From the NCBI RefSeq assembly GCF_018350175.1, contig NC_058373.1, positions 105,712,001 to 105,776,000 of the forward strand: DNA of 64,000 nucleotides, read 5' to 3'. The notes under the pieces are model-generated. The model was not told where the DNA came from. It worked only from the letters and a program-made list of their open reading frames with translations, and made no database searches. The translations under genes were made by a program, and so were the position numbers. The stretch is from Felis catus. Taxonomy: Eukaryota. How positions within the stretch are numbered: position 1 is the first letter of the stretch; every line of letters starts with the position of its first letter. This document shows, in pieces, positions 13,365-28,190 of this stretch.

Positions 13365-13435
13365 CCTCCTCTGCTCCCGCTTTCTCTCTCTTTGTCTCTA
13401 AATAAATAAACATTAAAAAAAATAAAAATAAAAAT
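13192..13435 (+). mobile_element. Can-SINE
   Basis: Head, CT linker, tail. Confidence 0.88.
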
Positions 13436-14344
13436 AACCCTCCATGTGATTAAAAAAAAAAAGATAATCCAAAATGATTTCTTTTCCAGGATCATTTCTT
13501 CATTAATGTGTGAATACTGTAAGAGAACAGGTGCAGTAAGTTGAAATTCACAGCTGAACTGTAACCTATGAAACCTTTCTGAACATTCCCTCATTGAAAG
13601 CTCTTTTCCTCTTCATTGCTTTTCCTGCTTTCTATTTCTACATGGCCATGAGCAGCTGAAATCGCTGGCAGATCTGGACAGTATTTACTAAAAACATGTT
13701 GGTACCCAGATTCTACTGTTATTAACTAAACATGAAGCTGGAAACAAATGGGAGATGCTGGAGATATGAGTTAAGTCCCAGTCTCACAGTAAATGGCACC
13801 AGACTCTTTCACCCATAGTCTGCTTGTCTCAGGAAGATAAAACCCAATATCAACACTGTGTGGGTGATAATCTTCTGCTTTTGCTCTTTCAGAAAGCAAA
13901 TAGCATTCACTCTTCAAATCCCTAAATATTTTTGTGTTCACATTTTCCAAATACTTAAGGCTGCTATTCTGAGATAGTGGGAACCAGCCCAATCTGTCAT
14001 CTTATCTCTCTTAAATAACGAAACCCAGATTGCCACAATCAGCTAAAACGGAATCCAGAGGTTGCCATCTGAGAATGTGGGATGTTGCTAATGGGTGAAG
14101 TACAACTTCCATAGCCAAGGCTTCAAAGTCACAGCCGATGTGTTAATGAACTTGGAGGTCTGAGATAATTGTAAGTATACAGGAATACACATAAGCCAAG
14201 AGGTTGAGGAGTCCTATAACATTAGGGATACTCTATTTGAATTATCTTACTTTCCTGAAGTGAAAGAAAATAAAAAATAATCGAAGGGAGTCCTCTTTAG
14301 ACTCATCACACTTTTCAAAGTCAAGTTGATTTTACTTGCATTCA

Positions 14345-14556
14345 TTTTTTTTTAACGTTTATTTATTTTTGAGACAGAGAGAGACAGAGAATGAATGGGG
14401 GAGGGTCAGAGAGAGAGGGAGACACAGAATCTGAAACAGGCTCCAGGCTCTGAGCCATCAGCACAGAGCCCGATGCGGGGCTGGAACTCACGGACCATGA
14501 GATCATGACCTGAGCCGAAGTCAGACGCTCAACCGACTGAGCCACCCAGGCGCCCC
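14345..14556 (-). mobile_element. Can-SINE
   Basis: Full-length copy. Confidence 0.92.
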
Positions 14557-14946
14557 TTATTTGCATTGATTTTAAGCGTCCGTCATTTCATTTCTAGTAC
14601 TAATGTGAATGAGGTTAAAATGCAAGAAATTACAAGTCTTGTGTCCCTCAGCAATATTCCACCATTTGACAGAGATATACGTAGGTAGGCATAACAAATT
14701 TCTGGATGCCTATGTCCATATTATCACTTTTGTATAATTTTAGTTTTGTATTAATTGTATTTTCTAACTTTCCTTCAATAAACACGTATTTAGGTTTTAT
14801 ATTGTAGATTTTATAAATATATTTTTATTTGTGTATTTATTCGTATTGAATAATAAGAAAGTTTAAAACATATTTAAGAGGATCAAATGAAAACTAGGAA
14901 GCCAACCATTGTCGTTTAAGACTCAGTCTGTAAAATTCTAATGCAA

Positions 14947-14948
<2 letters not shown>

Positions 14949-14982
<34 letters not shown>
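14949..14982. repeat. (AC)n microsatellite
   Basis: Seen directly. Confidence 0.95.
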
Positions 14983-14986
<4 letters not shown>

Positions 14987-15326
14987 TCTGAAGCCAAGAG
15001 AAACACATGATCTAATTTATTCCTGTGGGAGAGTATTATGATTAAGACAATGTTTAGGGAAACACATGATTTCTGTTCTCGTATGTATAGTGAAGGGGTA
15101 AAGGGTCAGGAGCGCCCCCAATGGCTTATGGTTCTAAAGGAAAGGAACATAGTCAGTGTGCCCTGCAAGCTTGTGACGGCAGGAAACATGTCAGCCATCT
15201 TCACTAATGTATTTCCAGAGCTTAGCACAATGCCTGTTTATTCGCTGGCAGTATGGAGTTAAGCATACCTACCTTTCAGTTGTTAGGAGGATTAAATGAA
15301 CACAGGATTGAGATAATATAGTATTT

Positions 15327-15850
15327 GACTGGTCTGGTTGTCTATTGTGTAACAAACAACCCAAGGTGTTGTGGCCGGAAATAACCACAATTATTATTTT
15401 GTCCTGTCGTTTAGGTGGGGCGCGGTGGAAATAGCTTGCTCCTGCTTCATTCGGGCTTCAGGTGGGGCGGTTTGAAAACAAGGCCTGTAATCACCTACAG
15501 GCTCAAGGCTTGCTCACTCATAGCTCTGGTGGTGATGCTGCCGTCAGTTGAGTCTGATTGGGGGGCCGTCAAGCGAGAGCACTTACATGTGACCTCCCCT
15601 TGTGGCCTGAGCTTCCTCACAATGTCATCCTTGGGTTGGAAGAGTGAATGTCCCAAGACTGAGAGCCAGAGAGAACTCCTGTGATCTTGCCTTGGAAGGT
15701 TGCAGTGTTACCTCTGCCGTGTTGTCTTTGTTTAGGCGACATTCACAGTGGTCACCTCAACTTCAAGAGGAAGGAAAGTAGACTCTACTGCTTGACGAAA
15801 AGTGTGCAGGACCAGGAATATGGCTGTGGCCTTTTATTTGAAAATACTCT
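15327..15850. mobile_element. MLT1-type (ERVL-MaLR) solo LTR relic
   Basis: tattgtgtaacaaacaaccc start and acatgtgacctccccttgtggcctgagcttcctcacaatg internal motif. Confidence 0.65.
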
Positions 15851-15993
15851 TAACATCCTGACGCACAATGGGATACTGAAAATTTGACATAATTTTTATG
15901 TTAAGATGAGATGTTGGCTAGGTGTGATTAATCATTCTATTTCTGCTTAGGCTAACTTTCCTCAAATATGTCACTTTTTAATGACGGTGTAGC

Positions 15994-16174
15994 CTTTTTT
16001 TTATTTATTTATTTTAGCGTTTATTTATTTTTGAGAGAGAGAGAGCCAGCAGGGGAGGGAGACATACAGAATCTGAAGCAGGCTCAGCACAGAGCCCCAT
16101 GCAGGGCTTGAACTCACGAACCACAAGATCCTGACCTGAGCCAAAGTTGGATGCTTAACTGACTGAGCCACCCG
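15994..16174 (-). mobile_element. Can-SINE (internally deleted)
   Basis: Partial head and tail. Confidence 0.85.
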
Positions 16175-17779
16175 ACAGTGTGGCTTTTTATAGCAAGAAA
16201 TTAGATTTTTCTGGTGTGAGAAGGTCCTGGATTCCTGGTGAGTAATCTGAATTTCCAGTAGAGATTTGAGAGCTAGATCCTAATCACGCCCTTTCATTCT
16301 GGAAAATTTATTTGAAATGAGAATGAAAATGAGCAAAATTACGGATGCATTTTCAAGCAAAGGCAAAAATAAGATTACTTCAGTACATGGGTACATTTTG
16401 CTCAAGTGTAACAATGGGCAAGGGGTTGGGGGGTAGCTCTATGGAAGCAGAGAGTGAGAACAAGTGGTGTGGTTACTGTAACTACACAAGTTTTCCTGGG
16501 AACAGATTTTTAAATCCTATTTTGTGTTCACATTGGACCTTCTGGACTTCTGAGCAGAATAAAGTAAAATTCCCTCCAGTGTTGAGGTAAAGGAGAGGTC
16601 TCTGCCTCCACTATTTGGACAGCTGGAACCCCCTCTCTTTAACCTCCTGGAACAGACAGGGTGCCGGCTTCCAGGCCCTGGGAGTATTGCATTTCCTCCT
16701 GCTCCGCGACCGAGAAAGGTGTGAGGAAAGCCTTTGTTTTAGTCCTTTAGAAGCCAGAATGACCATAAGCAAAGAGTTGTCAGATTCAGAGACCACACAA
16801 ATGAAATAACCTGGGCATTAAAAAAAAATCATCTGTGTTTCTGAAGTGGGAAAAAAATGCTTCAGGTCTCTGTTTAATTGGTAAGTTCGGACATGTTTCA
16901 AGACGGGCATTCATTTACTCATTCATTTAATAAGTATCTATTGAAAGCCAACTATATGCTGGGTACCAAGCTGGATGCTCAAAATAATAAGATAAGCAAA
17001 AGGAACAAGGTTCTTGCCCTCGCAGGTCTTATGGCTAGGAGAGACCAAATATGGGAATTCTGTTAGTTCTGAGGTTTAGAGTAGCCACAGTATAGCACAG
17101 GCTGGGATAGGAGCTGGGAAGAATTAAAGTCAATGGGTCAGTTATACTATGCCACCATGCATGATAGTTTCCCTGGGGACTCATAGCCTCAAAGGAGACC
17201 AGAAAACAGAGGTGAAGTTTCATGTCCATGGGGCCTGTGTCCAGAGACTGGCAGAGACTAGAATCTGAACCTGTAATAGAACCCCCATTTCAGGACCTAG
17301 AATGGGTAGATGTGACCGCTTTCCAGAAGGAGGCAGAACACTACAGCTACTTGTAGTTGGTGATGAAGATACAGGCAGATATTGGCCTACAGCAAAGGCA
17401 ACATACTCTTCTTTTTTTTTTTTTTTTTGAGCCACAATTATTTATTCCTAGAAATGGACTGTGAGGAAATAATCATAGGCGAGTGCAAAGATTTATTTAC
17501 AAGGGTGCTTAATACAGATCTCTTTATAAGTAGGAAAAAAGGAGGAAGAAGAAGAGGAAGAAGAGTTGAAGGAGAAGGAAGAAAAGGAAAAAAATGGGAA
17601 GATATTGAGCACCCCTATGAGGTAAATAAATGTGATACTTGTTACTGCACAATATTACACAATCCTAAAATAATGGTTACTAAAGACTATGAGAGGTCTT
17701 TTTTGTTGTTTAAATTATACCTATGAGGGATACACAACAAAATGTTAGCAATAAGTTTAACTGGCTATTAAGATTTCAG

Positions 17780-19012
17780 GTTATTTTATTTTATTCTATT
17801 TTTTTTAATTTGGATTCAAGTTAGTTAACATATAATGTAGTATTGGTTTCAGGAGTAGAATTTAGTGATTCATCACTTACATGTAACACCCAGTGCTCAT
17901 CCCAACAAGTGCCCTCCTTAATGCCCATCACTCATTTAGCCCATGCCCCCACCCCACACCCCTCCAGAAACCCTCAGTTTGTTCTCTATAATTAAGAGTC
18001 TCTTATGGTTTGCCTCCATCTCTGTTTAATTTAATGTTTATATATATATATTTTTTTAATTTTTTTTTCAACGTTTATTTATTTTTGGGACAGAGAGAGA
18101 CAGAGCATGAACGGGGGAGGGGCAGAGAGAGAGGGAGACACAGAATCGGAAACAGGCTCCAGGCTCTGAGCCGTCAGCCCAGAGCCTGACGCGGGGCTCG
18201 AACTCACGGACCGCGAGATCGTGACCTGAGCCGAAGTCGGACGCTTAACTGACTGCGCCACCCAGGCGCCCTTAATGTTTATATTTTGAGAGAGACAGAC
18301 AGAGTATGAGTGGGCAAGGGGCAGAGGGATAAAGGGACACAGAATCTGAAGCAAGCTCCAGGCTCTGAGCTGTCAGCACAGAAACTGATGTGGGGCTCAA
18401 AATCATGAACGGTGGGATCATGACCTGAGCTGAAGTCAGATGCCTAACTGACTGAGCCTCCTAGGCACCCTGCTTCCCTCTCTGTTTTTACCTTATTTTA
18501 TTTTTCCTTCCCTTCCCCTATGTTCATCTGTTTTGTTTCTTAAATTCCACATATGAATGAAATCATGTGATATCTGTCTTTCTCTGACTGACTAATTTCG
18601 CTTAGCATAATACACGCTAGTTCCATCCATGTTGTTGCAAATGGCAAGGTTTCCTTCTTTTTGATTGCCGAGTCATACTCCATTGTATATATATACCACA
18701 TCTTTATCCATTCATCAGTCGATGGACATTTGGGCTCTCTCCATAATTTGGCTACTGTTGATTGCACTGCTATAAACAGTGCATGTGCGCCTTCGAATCA
18801 ACATTTTTGTATCCTTTCAATAAATACCTAGTAGTGCAATTGTTGGGTCATAGGGTAGCTATATTTTGAACTTTTTGAAGAACCTCCATACTGTTTTCCA
18901 GAGTGGCTGCACCAGTTTGCATTCCCACCAGCAGTGCAAAAGTGTTGCCCTTTCGCCACATCCTTGCCAGCATCTGTTGCTTCCTGAGTTGTTAATTTTA
19001 GCCATTCTGACA
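17780..19012 (-). mobile_element. Carnivore L1 3' fragment containing two nested SINEs
   Basis: ORF2 C-terminal fragments 18540-19013; 3' UTR split at ~18030-18470. Confidence 0.88.
18030..18470 (-). mobile_element. Young SINE (~18050-18271) nested in the tail of an older SINE, both inside an L1
   Basis: ttaatgtttata repeated at 18031 and 18272. Confidence 0.9.
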
Positions 19013-19556
19013 TGGCCGCATCATTCTTCCTACCAGAGGAAGAGACGGAGAGAAAGAGAGAGTGGACCCCCTAACCCAGTGTTGAGATCATCTCTCTCTG
19101 TGGCGCTTTCCTACCCCAAATCAAAGCTCCTTATATTCCATTTTGTCTTCTGTCTTCTTTGTGGTGAAGAATGGGTTTCAGAGTGAATCACATGAAACAA
19201 ATATGGCTTTCCCTGAGTCTCTAGAGAGACCGAGTTATCCCCCAAGCTTTATTCCAAAATTTATTATTTTTTATAGCATCACTAAATGAAAAGATCGCCT
19301 GAGTGCCAGAAATGTATCCAAAATGCTTAAAAGGGCACCAAAAATGTATTGGTTTCATCAAGATACCTGACAAACTTTCTCATGGTACCCTTGTACATAA
19401 ACTTGAGAAATTAGATACCTAAGTGGCAAAAATATATCTCAACAATACTGATGAATTAACCAGTGCTAATCTGGACCTATGTTTCTCAGACTTGAGTAAT
19501 ATGTAGAGCCATTGTAAAGGAAATCTAGTCTTGGACCTCTCAAATATTGATTTAGA

Positions 19557-20185
19557 ATTTTTTTTTTATTTATTTTTGAGACAGGGAGAGACAGAGCATG
19601 AATGGGGGAGGGTCAGAGAGAGAGGGAGACACAGAATCTGAAACAGGCTCCAGACTCTGAGCTGTCAGCACAGAGCCCGACGCGGGGCTCGAACTCACAG
19701 ACAGTGAGATCGTGACCTGAGCCGAAGTCGGACGCTTAACCGACTGAGCCACCCAGGCGCCCCTGATTTAGAATTTTAATTGTGATATTACTCAAGCATA
19801 AAAACCTAAAACTAGAAATAAGTAATTTACGCCTACAGGCCTATTCAACAATAAATATTAAAATCATAACAAATACATAAAGCAAATAAAAACAACATAA
19901 GTTAATAGTATTCATTTAACATGACAGATAAGGTTCACTGACACTAATGTTGAATTTAATTTAAAAAATTTTTTTTCAACGTTTTTTATTTTATTTTTGG
20001 GACAGAGAGAGACAGAGCATGAACGGGGGAGGGGCAGAGAGAGAGGGAGACACACAGAATCGGAAACAGGCTCCAGGCTCCGAGCCATCAGCCCAGAGCC
20101 TGACGCAGGGCTCGAACTCACAGACCGCGAGATCGTGACCTGGCTGAAGTCGGACGCTTAACCGACTGCGCCACCCAGGCGCCCC
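19557..20185 (-). mobile_element. Two SINEs (19557-19763, 19960-20185)
   Basis: TSDs tgatttagaatttt and atgttgaatttaattt. Confidence 0.92.
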
Positions 20186-21551
20186 ATGTTGAATTTAATT
20201 TTAAAATGATGAGGCTTCATGTCAGGTTCTATAACTTGCAACATTCTGGCTTCACTTGTTTCCAGTGCAGAAAAGGCTTACTTGCATAAATATGCTGTAC
20301 AAACTGAAATTTAAAACTCCAAGGATTTGTTTCATAGTGCGAGTTAGTCAAATGTTATAATTTGTCAAAATTCTGTAAGCAAGAAATTCTTACATGCCAA
20401 TTTTTATTAATTGCTAAAGATTAGCATCAAGGTTAATATTTTTAGGGAATTGAAATCCACATTAAATAGGAATTTAATCCATTTAGTTCTGGAAGTGGGA
20501 ACAGAATTTCTTTACACTTACTATAACATTTGCTGCTAAGTTGGCATTCGGGAAGAAAAGTTAAATATTATTTTCAAAACTATTCAATCAACAACAAGGA
20601 TTTTTTTGAGCACATTTCTCAAGCTACTCTGTGCTCCGTGAGCACAGATCTGTCATTACATTTCTCCAGTTGGACTGCCAGAAACCTTTCTTTGTGTAGG
20701 ATGCCATGAAATTATTTAGTTTCCACACGGCATGAGCACAGTGGCGGGGATAAGCGTGAGCTCAAACACTAAGATGAAGTAGCGACACTCAGTGTTAAGA
20801 CAATCACCAGATGATAAAGAATATGTTCACATTATTTTTTAAAGATCATCATTCAGTGTGAATCCACATTTAAAATTCTGATTTCAAAATTATTGCTCCG
20901 AGTGGATTTTTTGAGCATTTCGTAGCTTAATGCTTGAAACTGCTCAACAAATGGTAACTATTCTATTATTGTTGTTGCTATTTATTTATTTAAAACCTTT
21001 GGTTGGCAACATAGCCAAAAGAAAAGGGGCCAGTACCAGAGCAAGGATTCAGTCTTTTTTTTTTTTTTTTTTAAATCTTGTATTGACTCGCTAATTCAGC
21101 TTGGATATCAGCTTGGATATCTCTGTACCTAAGGTTTCCTATCCATGAATGAGACTGAAATCTTCTAGCATTGTTGGGAAAATCGTATGGGTTTAAGATT
21201 TGATTCAATAGATGTCAATTATGTAAAATCCCCAAGGTAAATCATACGGCATTTATGCCAGTGTCTGAAAATCAAACAATGCTGCACACGTCTTAGATAT
21301 TCCTTTAATAGACATGAGCCAATTTGTAGAAAATAAATTTCTCAGCAATAATAACAACAACAATAAACCCACTCAGGAACAGAGCATCAAATCATTGCCC
21401 CCTGGACAACTTTTTTGTTATTCTACCAAACTATAGTGATTATTCTCAAATGAGACTTTCTGAAGCTGAGAAAATATTCAGTGAAGGAATTCTTTGAATT
21501 CATGAATAGGCTTCAGGGAATGTAAGTTTCCGAAATGTATCCAACATTTAG

Positions 21552-21574
21552 TGTGTGTGTGTGTGTGTGTGTGT
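21552..21574. repeat. (TG)n microsatellite
   Basis: Seen directly. Confidence 0.9.
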
Positions 21575-23339
21575 ACACATGTGTGCACGTATCTGAGGGA
21601 GAAAGGTTTCCATCTCATCAGATTCACAAATGTGTATAAGAACCAACATGAATACGGACCACTGTTTTGGAATGAAACTCCTAACTCCTAATACCACTTG
21701 AGAATTAATGCTTCACTTTAACCTGAAACTAGGCTGTTTTTATGGAATCATTTTTCTAGGAATGCTCTCTAGGGTGCTCCAGTATTAGCTCTCACCATAA
21801 TTATGTGATGCAAAGCATTAATAAATTTAATAAGGGCTTGTAACATCCTTCTTTATCTTGATCAAATATAAATAAAGACTCGAGATTAAATACTGGTACA
21901 TAACTGCAACCCCTGAGCTGATGCACTGGACTGTGTTACTTGATTTGGAATTATAGTATTAACTAGCCAAAAATTTGTGGTGCTCCATAAACATGAACTT
22001 GACCTTTATAGATGAAACCCATTGAAATGACAGAGCATCTTTTTAGTTAAGTGAACACGAATCAGCATTTATCTGGGACTTAATAGCTGCAGCCTGGCTC
22101 TAGCCTTGTTCTTTTATTGAGGCATATTGTGAGATCCTAAGTGTGCAGTTCAATTTTGAGAAATGCTTGCACTTACACCCGGTCAAGGTACAGAGCACTA
22201 CTATTACTTTAGAAAGTTCCCTTGTTCCCCTTCTCAAGCATTCTCCTTTCTAGAGACTGATTTGGTTTCTCTCATGACGCCTTCCTTTATTTTAGAGTTT
22301 ATCCTAATTTCTTATTTAGAAAACAACCCGACTGTAGCATAGACAATGTTTCCAACCTGTGTTTCCTAGAGTCTTAAAGATCCTTGAAGTTTGCGTGGGA
22401 GCCACTGTTGGAAGATGGGAGAGAGAGCTGAGGGAGAATCTCAGAGAGATCTAGACTATTCCTCAACTCCTATTTCAACTGGAGCAGCTTCCTTTGAACT
22501 CTTTTATAAATTGGAATTCCATGTGGGATTGGTTGTAACAGGGGTTCTGCTTCTTTTAAAATATTATCTGGCAAGGCTACTGTGCCAAAAATAACTGCAC
22601 TGTTTTAATCGAGCCATTATAGAATCGAACTCTTACAATGACAGTTTAGGCTTCGTAAGACCCAAGTGAGTGAGCGGAAGTTAGCAGTTGTGCAGAATGA
22701 AGTCTCACAACACAAGGTGGTTGCACATGGAAGCGAATAGCATAGGAATTGGGAAGGCAATTCCCGATTGTGTTCTCCAGGTCATGTAGAGAAGTTTATT
22801 AATTCTGAGATGATGCTCTCGCCTTTTAGATCATATTTCCTCTAGTAAGACGATCACTTCTCCAGTACGATGATCAAGTCAATCTTTTGCCTTGAAATCA
22901 ACTAGACTCAGACTGGCCAGAGACTCTTGTGACAGTATCTAACTAGGCATTACCCTATTTTCTCCCTAAAATCCAATTTCATTGCTTTGTGAATTTCAAC
23001 CTAAAGTCTACTTGTACTTAGAAGTTTTCCTTCAATGTAAGAGACCATCAGTTGTGCACACTACAAATATTCTTGCATTTATGGCAGAAAAATACAGGAA
23101 ACTGTCTGGAATAAAATGTATTTGTATGAATTATCAGTTCCTAGTTGCTTAAGTTTTATAAAGAACCTATTAGAGGAGGATCTTTGTTGGTTGGCTGTTT
23201 TGATGTAGCTTTTAATTTTATCTCCAAAATGATGGGGTGTAAACAATACTATTTGATATTTGTATCCCAATTTATAGTTTGCAAAAATACCACATATTTG
23301 TTATAACATCCCTTAAAAGTATGTATTATTACCTCCATT

Positions 23340-24019
23340 TTAATTTTTTTTGTAATGTTTACTTACTTTTTAGAGAGAAAGACAGAGAGTGATCAGGGTA
23401 GGGGCAGAGAGCGGGGGAGACACAGAATCCGAAGCAGGCTCCAGGCTCTGAGCTGTCAGCACAGAGCCCATTGCGGGTCTCGAACCCACAAACCTTGTGA
23501 TCATGACCTGAGCCGAAGTCAGATGCCCACACGACTGAGCCACCCAGGCGCCCCTTATTATCTCCACTTTAAAGGTGAGTGAACTGAGGCACTGATAGCT
23601 TAAGTGACCTGCTCACAGAGGTAGAGAATACTAGAATTTAGTATCCATTTGAATTGCTAACTCACTAGTATTGTGTCATGTATCCAGTGCCTACTACTGT
23701 TTACCTACATTTTTAGTACTGGTGTGTTTAGTTAAGAGACAATGAGTAGGCAAATGTCCTTTCCTGAGATCTCTGTGTCACCCCATTTATGAGCCCATTT
23801 TTAAATTTTTTTTTTTTAACATTTATTTATTTTTGGGACAGAGAGAGACAGAGCATGAACGGGGGAGGGGCAGAGAGAGGGGGAGACACAGAATCGGAAA
23901 CAGGCTCCAGGCTCTGAGCCATCAGCCCAGAGCCTGACGCAGGGCTCGAACTCACGGACCGCGAGATCGTGACCTGGCTGAAGTCGGACGCTTAACCGAC
24001 TGCGCCACCCAGGCGCCCC
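23340..24019 (-). mobile_element. Two SINEs (23340-23554, 23800-24019)
   Basis: TSD atgagcccatttttaa on the second. Confidence 0.92.
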
Positions 24020-26065
24020 AATGAGCCCATTTTTAATGTTGTCTTTAGCTTTTAATGAAATTGGCATCTTCCCTCGTAAATATTTTTCAATTTTAATTTT
24101 AAAAAGCTGTTTCCATTGGGAGAGAAGAGGAAATCATTTCCGAAAACTTGAGAAAGTGCCAGGAAAAGCTAAATGATTAATTTCCCATAAACTGCATCAG
24201 GCATTTCATTTTGGCAAGTGACTCTGAATTAGAAACCTTCCTTAGACTGAAGATAAAAATCTTTGTGAGATTCTCTGAACCAGGAAAAGGCATATTTAAC
24301 TGGATGGTGGGAAAGACAAAAACATAGGAAAAGGGCTTCTGGGAAAAGACCCCCCTAGAATAAGTAGCCCCAGAAATGCCTATTAAATGCTCAGTGAACA
24401 AGCCAAGTTTGCTAAAAAATGTGTCCAGCCTGATAAGCTGGCCGATGAAGGGCCAGATGATAAGCAAGGACTGAAAATATCATTTTGAAACAAATGATCA
24501 CCTCACCGAATGCACCATTACTAACAATGTATACTCTCCATCAAAGAGGAAGCAAGCATTTAGTCACACGTGGGAGAATCGGGGCCGGAAAGGAGATAGG
24601 AGTCTAGCAGAGGATAACATTACAGTCTTGGGTCAAAATGGAGCCATGAATCTGGATGAGTCATTGAAGGACTGAATTCCTTCAGATACCGTAGAGGAGA
24701 GTCAGTCAGGAGGAGGCTCACTGGCAGAGAAAGCCATTGACAAAGGGGGAGACGGGCAGAGGGACAAAAAAGGCTTTGCAGGTTGTTAGGATCCAGGACA
24801 GCCACAGGAGGGCAGCAAACGCAGCATAGATGGAAGTTCTTGAGTGTCCTTGAATGAAGCGTTTTCTCAAGATATAAACCCACCACAGAATCTACGTTTA
24901 AAACTGCTGGGAGTCAATGAAATATTTTTTCATGAGTTTAATGCAATTTAATCCAAAATAACGTTTATATGTAGTTTAAAGATTCAAAGATTTATGTAGA
25001 AGTGGGTCTTGTGAAAGGATTTTCCAAGTAGGGAAAAACCAGAAGATGCTTTCTTCCTTTCCTTATTTTCTCTTTGTCTGCTATGCTGGGTAGAGAATTC
25101 TAGGATTAGTAATTAAGAATTCAGGACAAAGCCTATGGCCTTTCTTCGATGTTGTGGAAAGCAGGCAGCTAAAGATATACTAACATTTTCAATGAAAACA
25201 CAGGATGAATGAAAGTGTACCTGAGGAAATTGACAATTGGTTGATGAAACTCCTTAATTGCCTAATTAAGTAGTTAGTTAAACTGCTTAATAAAATTATG
25301 CCTGGGGGCTGCAATAAGGCTCCCTCCAGAAAGGACTCTCTTACCTACTCCTTGTGCTCCTATGAGTTTTCAAAAGTTGTATGGAGGAAAAAGCCTAGAT
25401 TTTTGTTTAAATCACTTTTCTCTTCAAAAAGCAAAAAGAGAATCCTTAACTGAAAAAGAAAATATGATTCTAGTAGGTCATCTGAGTGGTCCCCAGAATA
25501 GACATGTTGATATGTTACTAGCTAATTTTGACCTGTGAACGGACCAAATTACTTCAATTTAAGGACAGGAAGACTTCTTCTTTAGGAAGACTTCAACTTC
25601 AGAGGAAGTGGGTGAATCTACTCTATAATGTTGGGAGAGTGACCAAAAGACCAACTAAAATGAAAAATACTATTTTTTTTTCATAGAATATATTCCTCTC
25701 ACTATTGTCTCTTGAGGCCTGAATTCCCTGCCTTTTTTTTTATTTTTATAAAACTCTGCTAAGGTATCAAACACAAATAGACATTAACCAGGAATTCCCA
25801 TCCTAGGAAAGGATTCCCAGAAATGATCAGAGATGCAAAAAGTGACTTACGTTTAATGATGTCTTCAGAGATGAGTGTTTTACTTACATTTGAGAATGTG
25901 AAAATAACACAAAAATCCTATTTCAAGCCTTTGCATGATTTGTTTTTCACAACAAGCGTAGGAGAGAGGTGTTACTATTATATCCATTTTACATATGAGG
26001 AAACTAAGGCTCCAAGAGGTTAAGCAACTTGTCCATGACCACAGACCGAAAAAGTGGAGTTGGAA

Positions 26066-26558
26066 GGGCACCTGGGTGGCTCAGTTGGTTAAGCGTCCAA
26101 CTCTGGCTCAGGTCATGATCTCGTGGCTCGTGAGTTTGAGCCCCACATCTGTGCTGACAGCACAGAGCCTACTTCTTCAGAGTCTCTGTCTCCCTGTCTC
26201 TCTGCCCCTCTCCTGCTTGTGTTCTCTCTCTGTCTCAAAAATAAATACACATTTAAAAAAAAAGAATAAAAGGAAATAATAGAACAACAAAAAGATCAAA
26301 CACAGTGTACAACAAATTCAATTAGGGGCGCCTGGGTGGCTCAGTTGGTTGAACGGCCGACTTCGGCTCAGGTCACGATCTCGCGGTCCGTGAGTTCGAA
26401 CCCCACATCGGGCTCTGTGCTGACAGCTCGGAGCCTGGATCCTGTTTCCGATTCTGTGTCTCCCTCTCTCTGACCCTCTCCCGTTCATGCTCTGTCTCTC
26501 TCTGTCTCAAAAATAAATAAACGTTAAAAAAAAATTAAAAAAAACAATAAAAAAAAAA
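26066..26558 (+). mobile_element. Two SINEs (26066-26275, 26324-26558)
   Basis: TSD aacaaattcaatta on the second. Confidence 0.9.
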
Positions 26559-27500
26559 CAAATTCAATTAAAGGCACATAGCTAAAATAAGATTTAAAAA
26601 AAAAAAGGAAGAAACAGCTCCAGAAAGCCTGAGGTTCATACGATTTTAGTTCACAGCTCTTCAGGCTGTAGAAGTTATACAAGTCCAGGAAAAGTCTTCT
26701 TAAATTTCTTATAGAATTCTGTGAGGTAAAAAACAAAATAAAACAAAAACAAAACAAAACAACAACAACAACAACAGAGGTATCCCTATAGCCTCGTGAT
26801 GAAGGTAGGTCTGTCTAGATTTTTTTTTTTTAAACCTTCTATTAAAGAAACAGCCAACTCACTTTGGTCCAGCTCCAACTGCTCTTTCCCTGGTCCCAGT
26901 GGAAATGCAAAGCCTCTGCCTTATTCCTGCTCAGGCAGACTGGCAAGTCCATATTTTGTTCTTGCTTTTTTCACGAAGGCATCATTTTTCACGAGAAAAT
27001 GCGTAATTGATTGTGCGTGTGCACATCACACCCACGCCTGGGGAACCCTAACTGGAGAGTCCACAAGAGGCAGTTGCCTAATTTGCAAGCACAGCCTCAA
27101 AAAGTAAAACAAGAATAACCATACTCATCAAGTTCCCCAATGATTGGGGCTATCTATACCTTGCATGCCTTCTAGGATCCAGCAGCACCATGAAATTATT
27201 TTGGCTTAGAAACTCTGCTTGGGTTTTACCTTTTATTTGTTCAGTCTCCCCTTCTCAGCTCCTTGAAATGGTAGAAGTCTACCATTTCTACCCAGTAGAA
27301 GTCAGTGGTCCTGCTGAGTGAACCAACCCTGTTTGAGTCCTGAGCAGAAAACGATGAATCGTAGTTATTCTCAACATTAGGTGTTTTCTAAACTCTTAGC
27401 CTTGAAATGTATTGAGACTTTGAATCCTCTAAATAAACATTAAGTGAGAGTGGTATTTTGGTTATGTGATATATGTTAATGTTTAAAGTTAGGAGAAGTT

Positions 27501-28190
27501 GGGGCGCCTGGGTGGCGCAGTCGGTTAAGCATCTGACTTCAGCCAGGTCACGATCTCACGGTCCGTGAGTTCGAGCCCCGCATCGGGCTCTGGGCTGATG
27601 GCTCGGAGCCTGGAGCCTGTTTCCGATTCTGTGTCTCCCTCTCTCTCTGCCCCTCCCCCGTTCATGCTCTGTCTCTCTCTGTCCCAAAAATAAAATAAAA
27701 AACGTTGAAAAAAAATTTAAAAAAAATAAAGTTAGGAAAAGTAGATAAGTCTGAAGAAAAGTAAAAACCATGTAAATGCTATTAGTTTAAGATAAATTCT
27801 GTTAACATATTGTGACAGGTCCTTTGGTTTTGTGTTTTTGTGTGGGTGCACATTTTTATTTATTCTTTAAACCTTTAACAGGTATTGGTTGTGTGTAAGT
27901 CGTGCTGTAGGAACCAGGTATAGAAAATACAGTGCTAAAAATAAAGTCCTTCCTTTCATGGAGCTTATATTCTAGGATATTTTATAAAAAGTGAATCCTC
28001 CTGGGGCACCTGGGTGACTCAGTAGGTTAAACGTCAAACTCTTGATTTCAGCCCAGGTCCTGATCCCAGGGTTGTGGGATTGAGCCTCACGTCAGGCTCC
28101 GTGCTGAGCATGGGGCCTGCTTAAGATTTTCTTTCTCTCCCTCTGCCCCTCTCCCCTGCTTGTTCTCTCTCTCTCTCTTTAAAAAGAAAA
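27501..28190 (+). mobile_element. Two SINEs (27501-27728 young, 28003-28190 older)
   Basis: Heads, linkers and tails present. Confidence 0.9.

Noticed and set aside
17382..17726. 114-aa ORF with an R/G/E-rich stretch
   Set aside because: Produced by a poly(T) run and a purine-rich low-complexity tract.
27059..27076. CTCF-like motif ccacaagaggcag
   Set aside because: One base short of the core consensus, with no other support.
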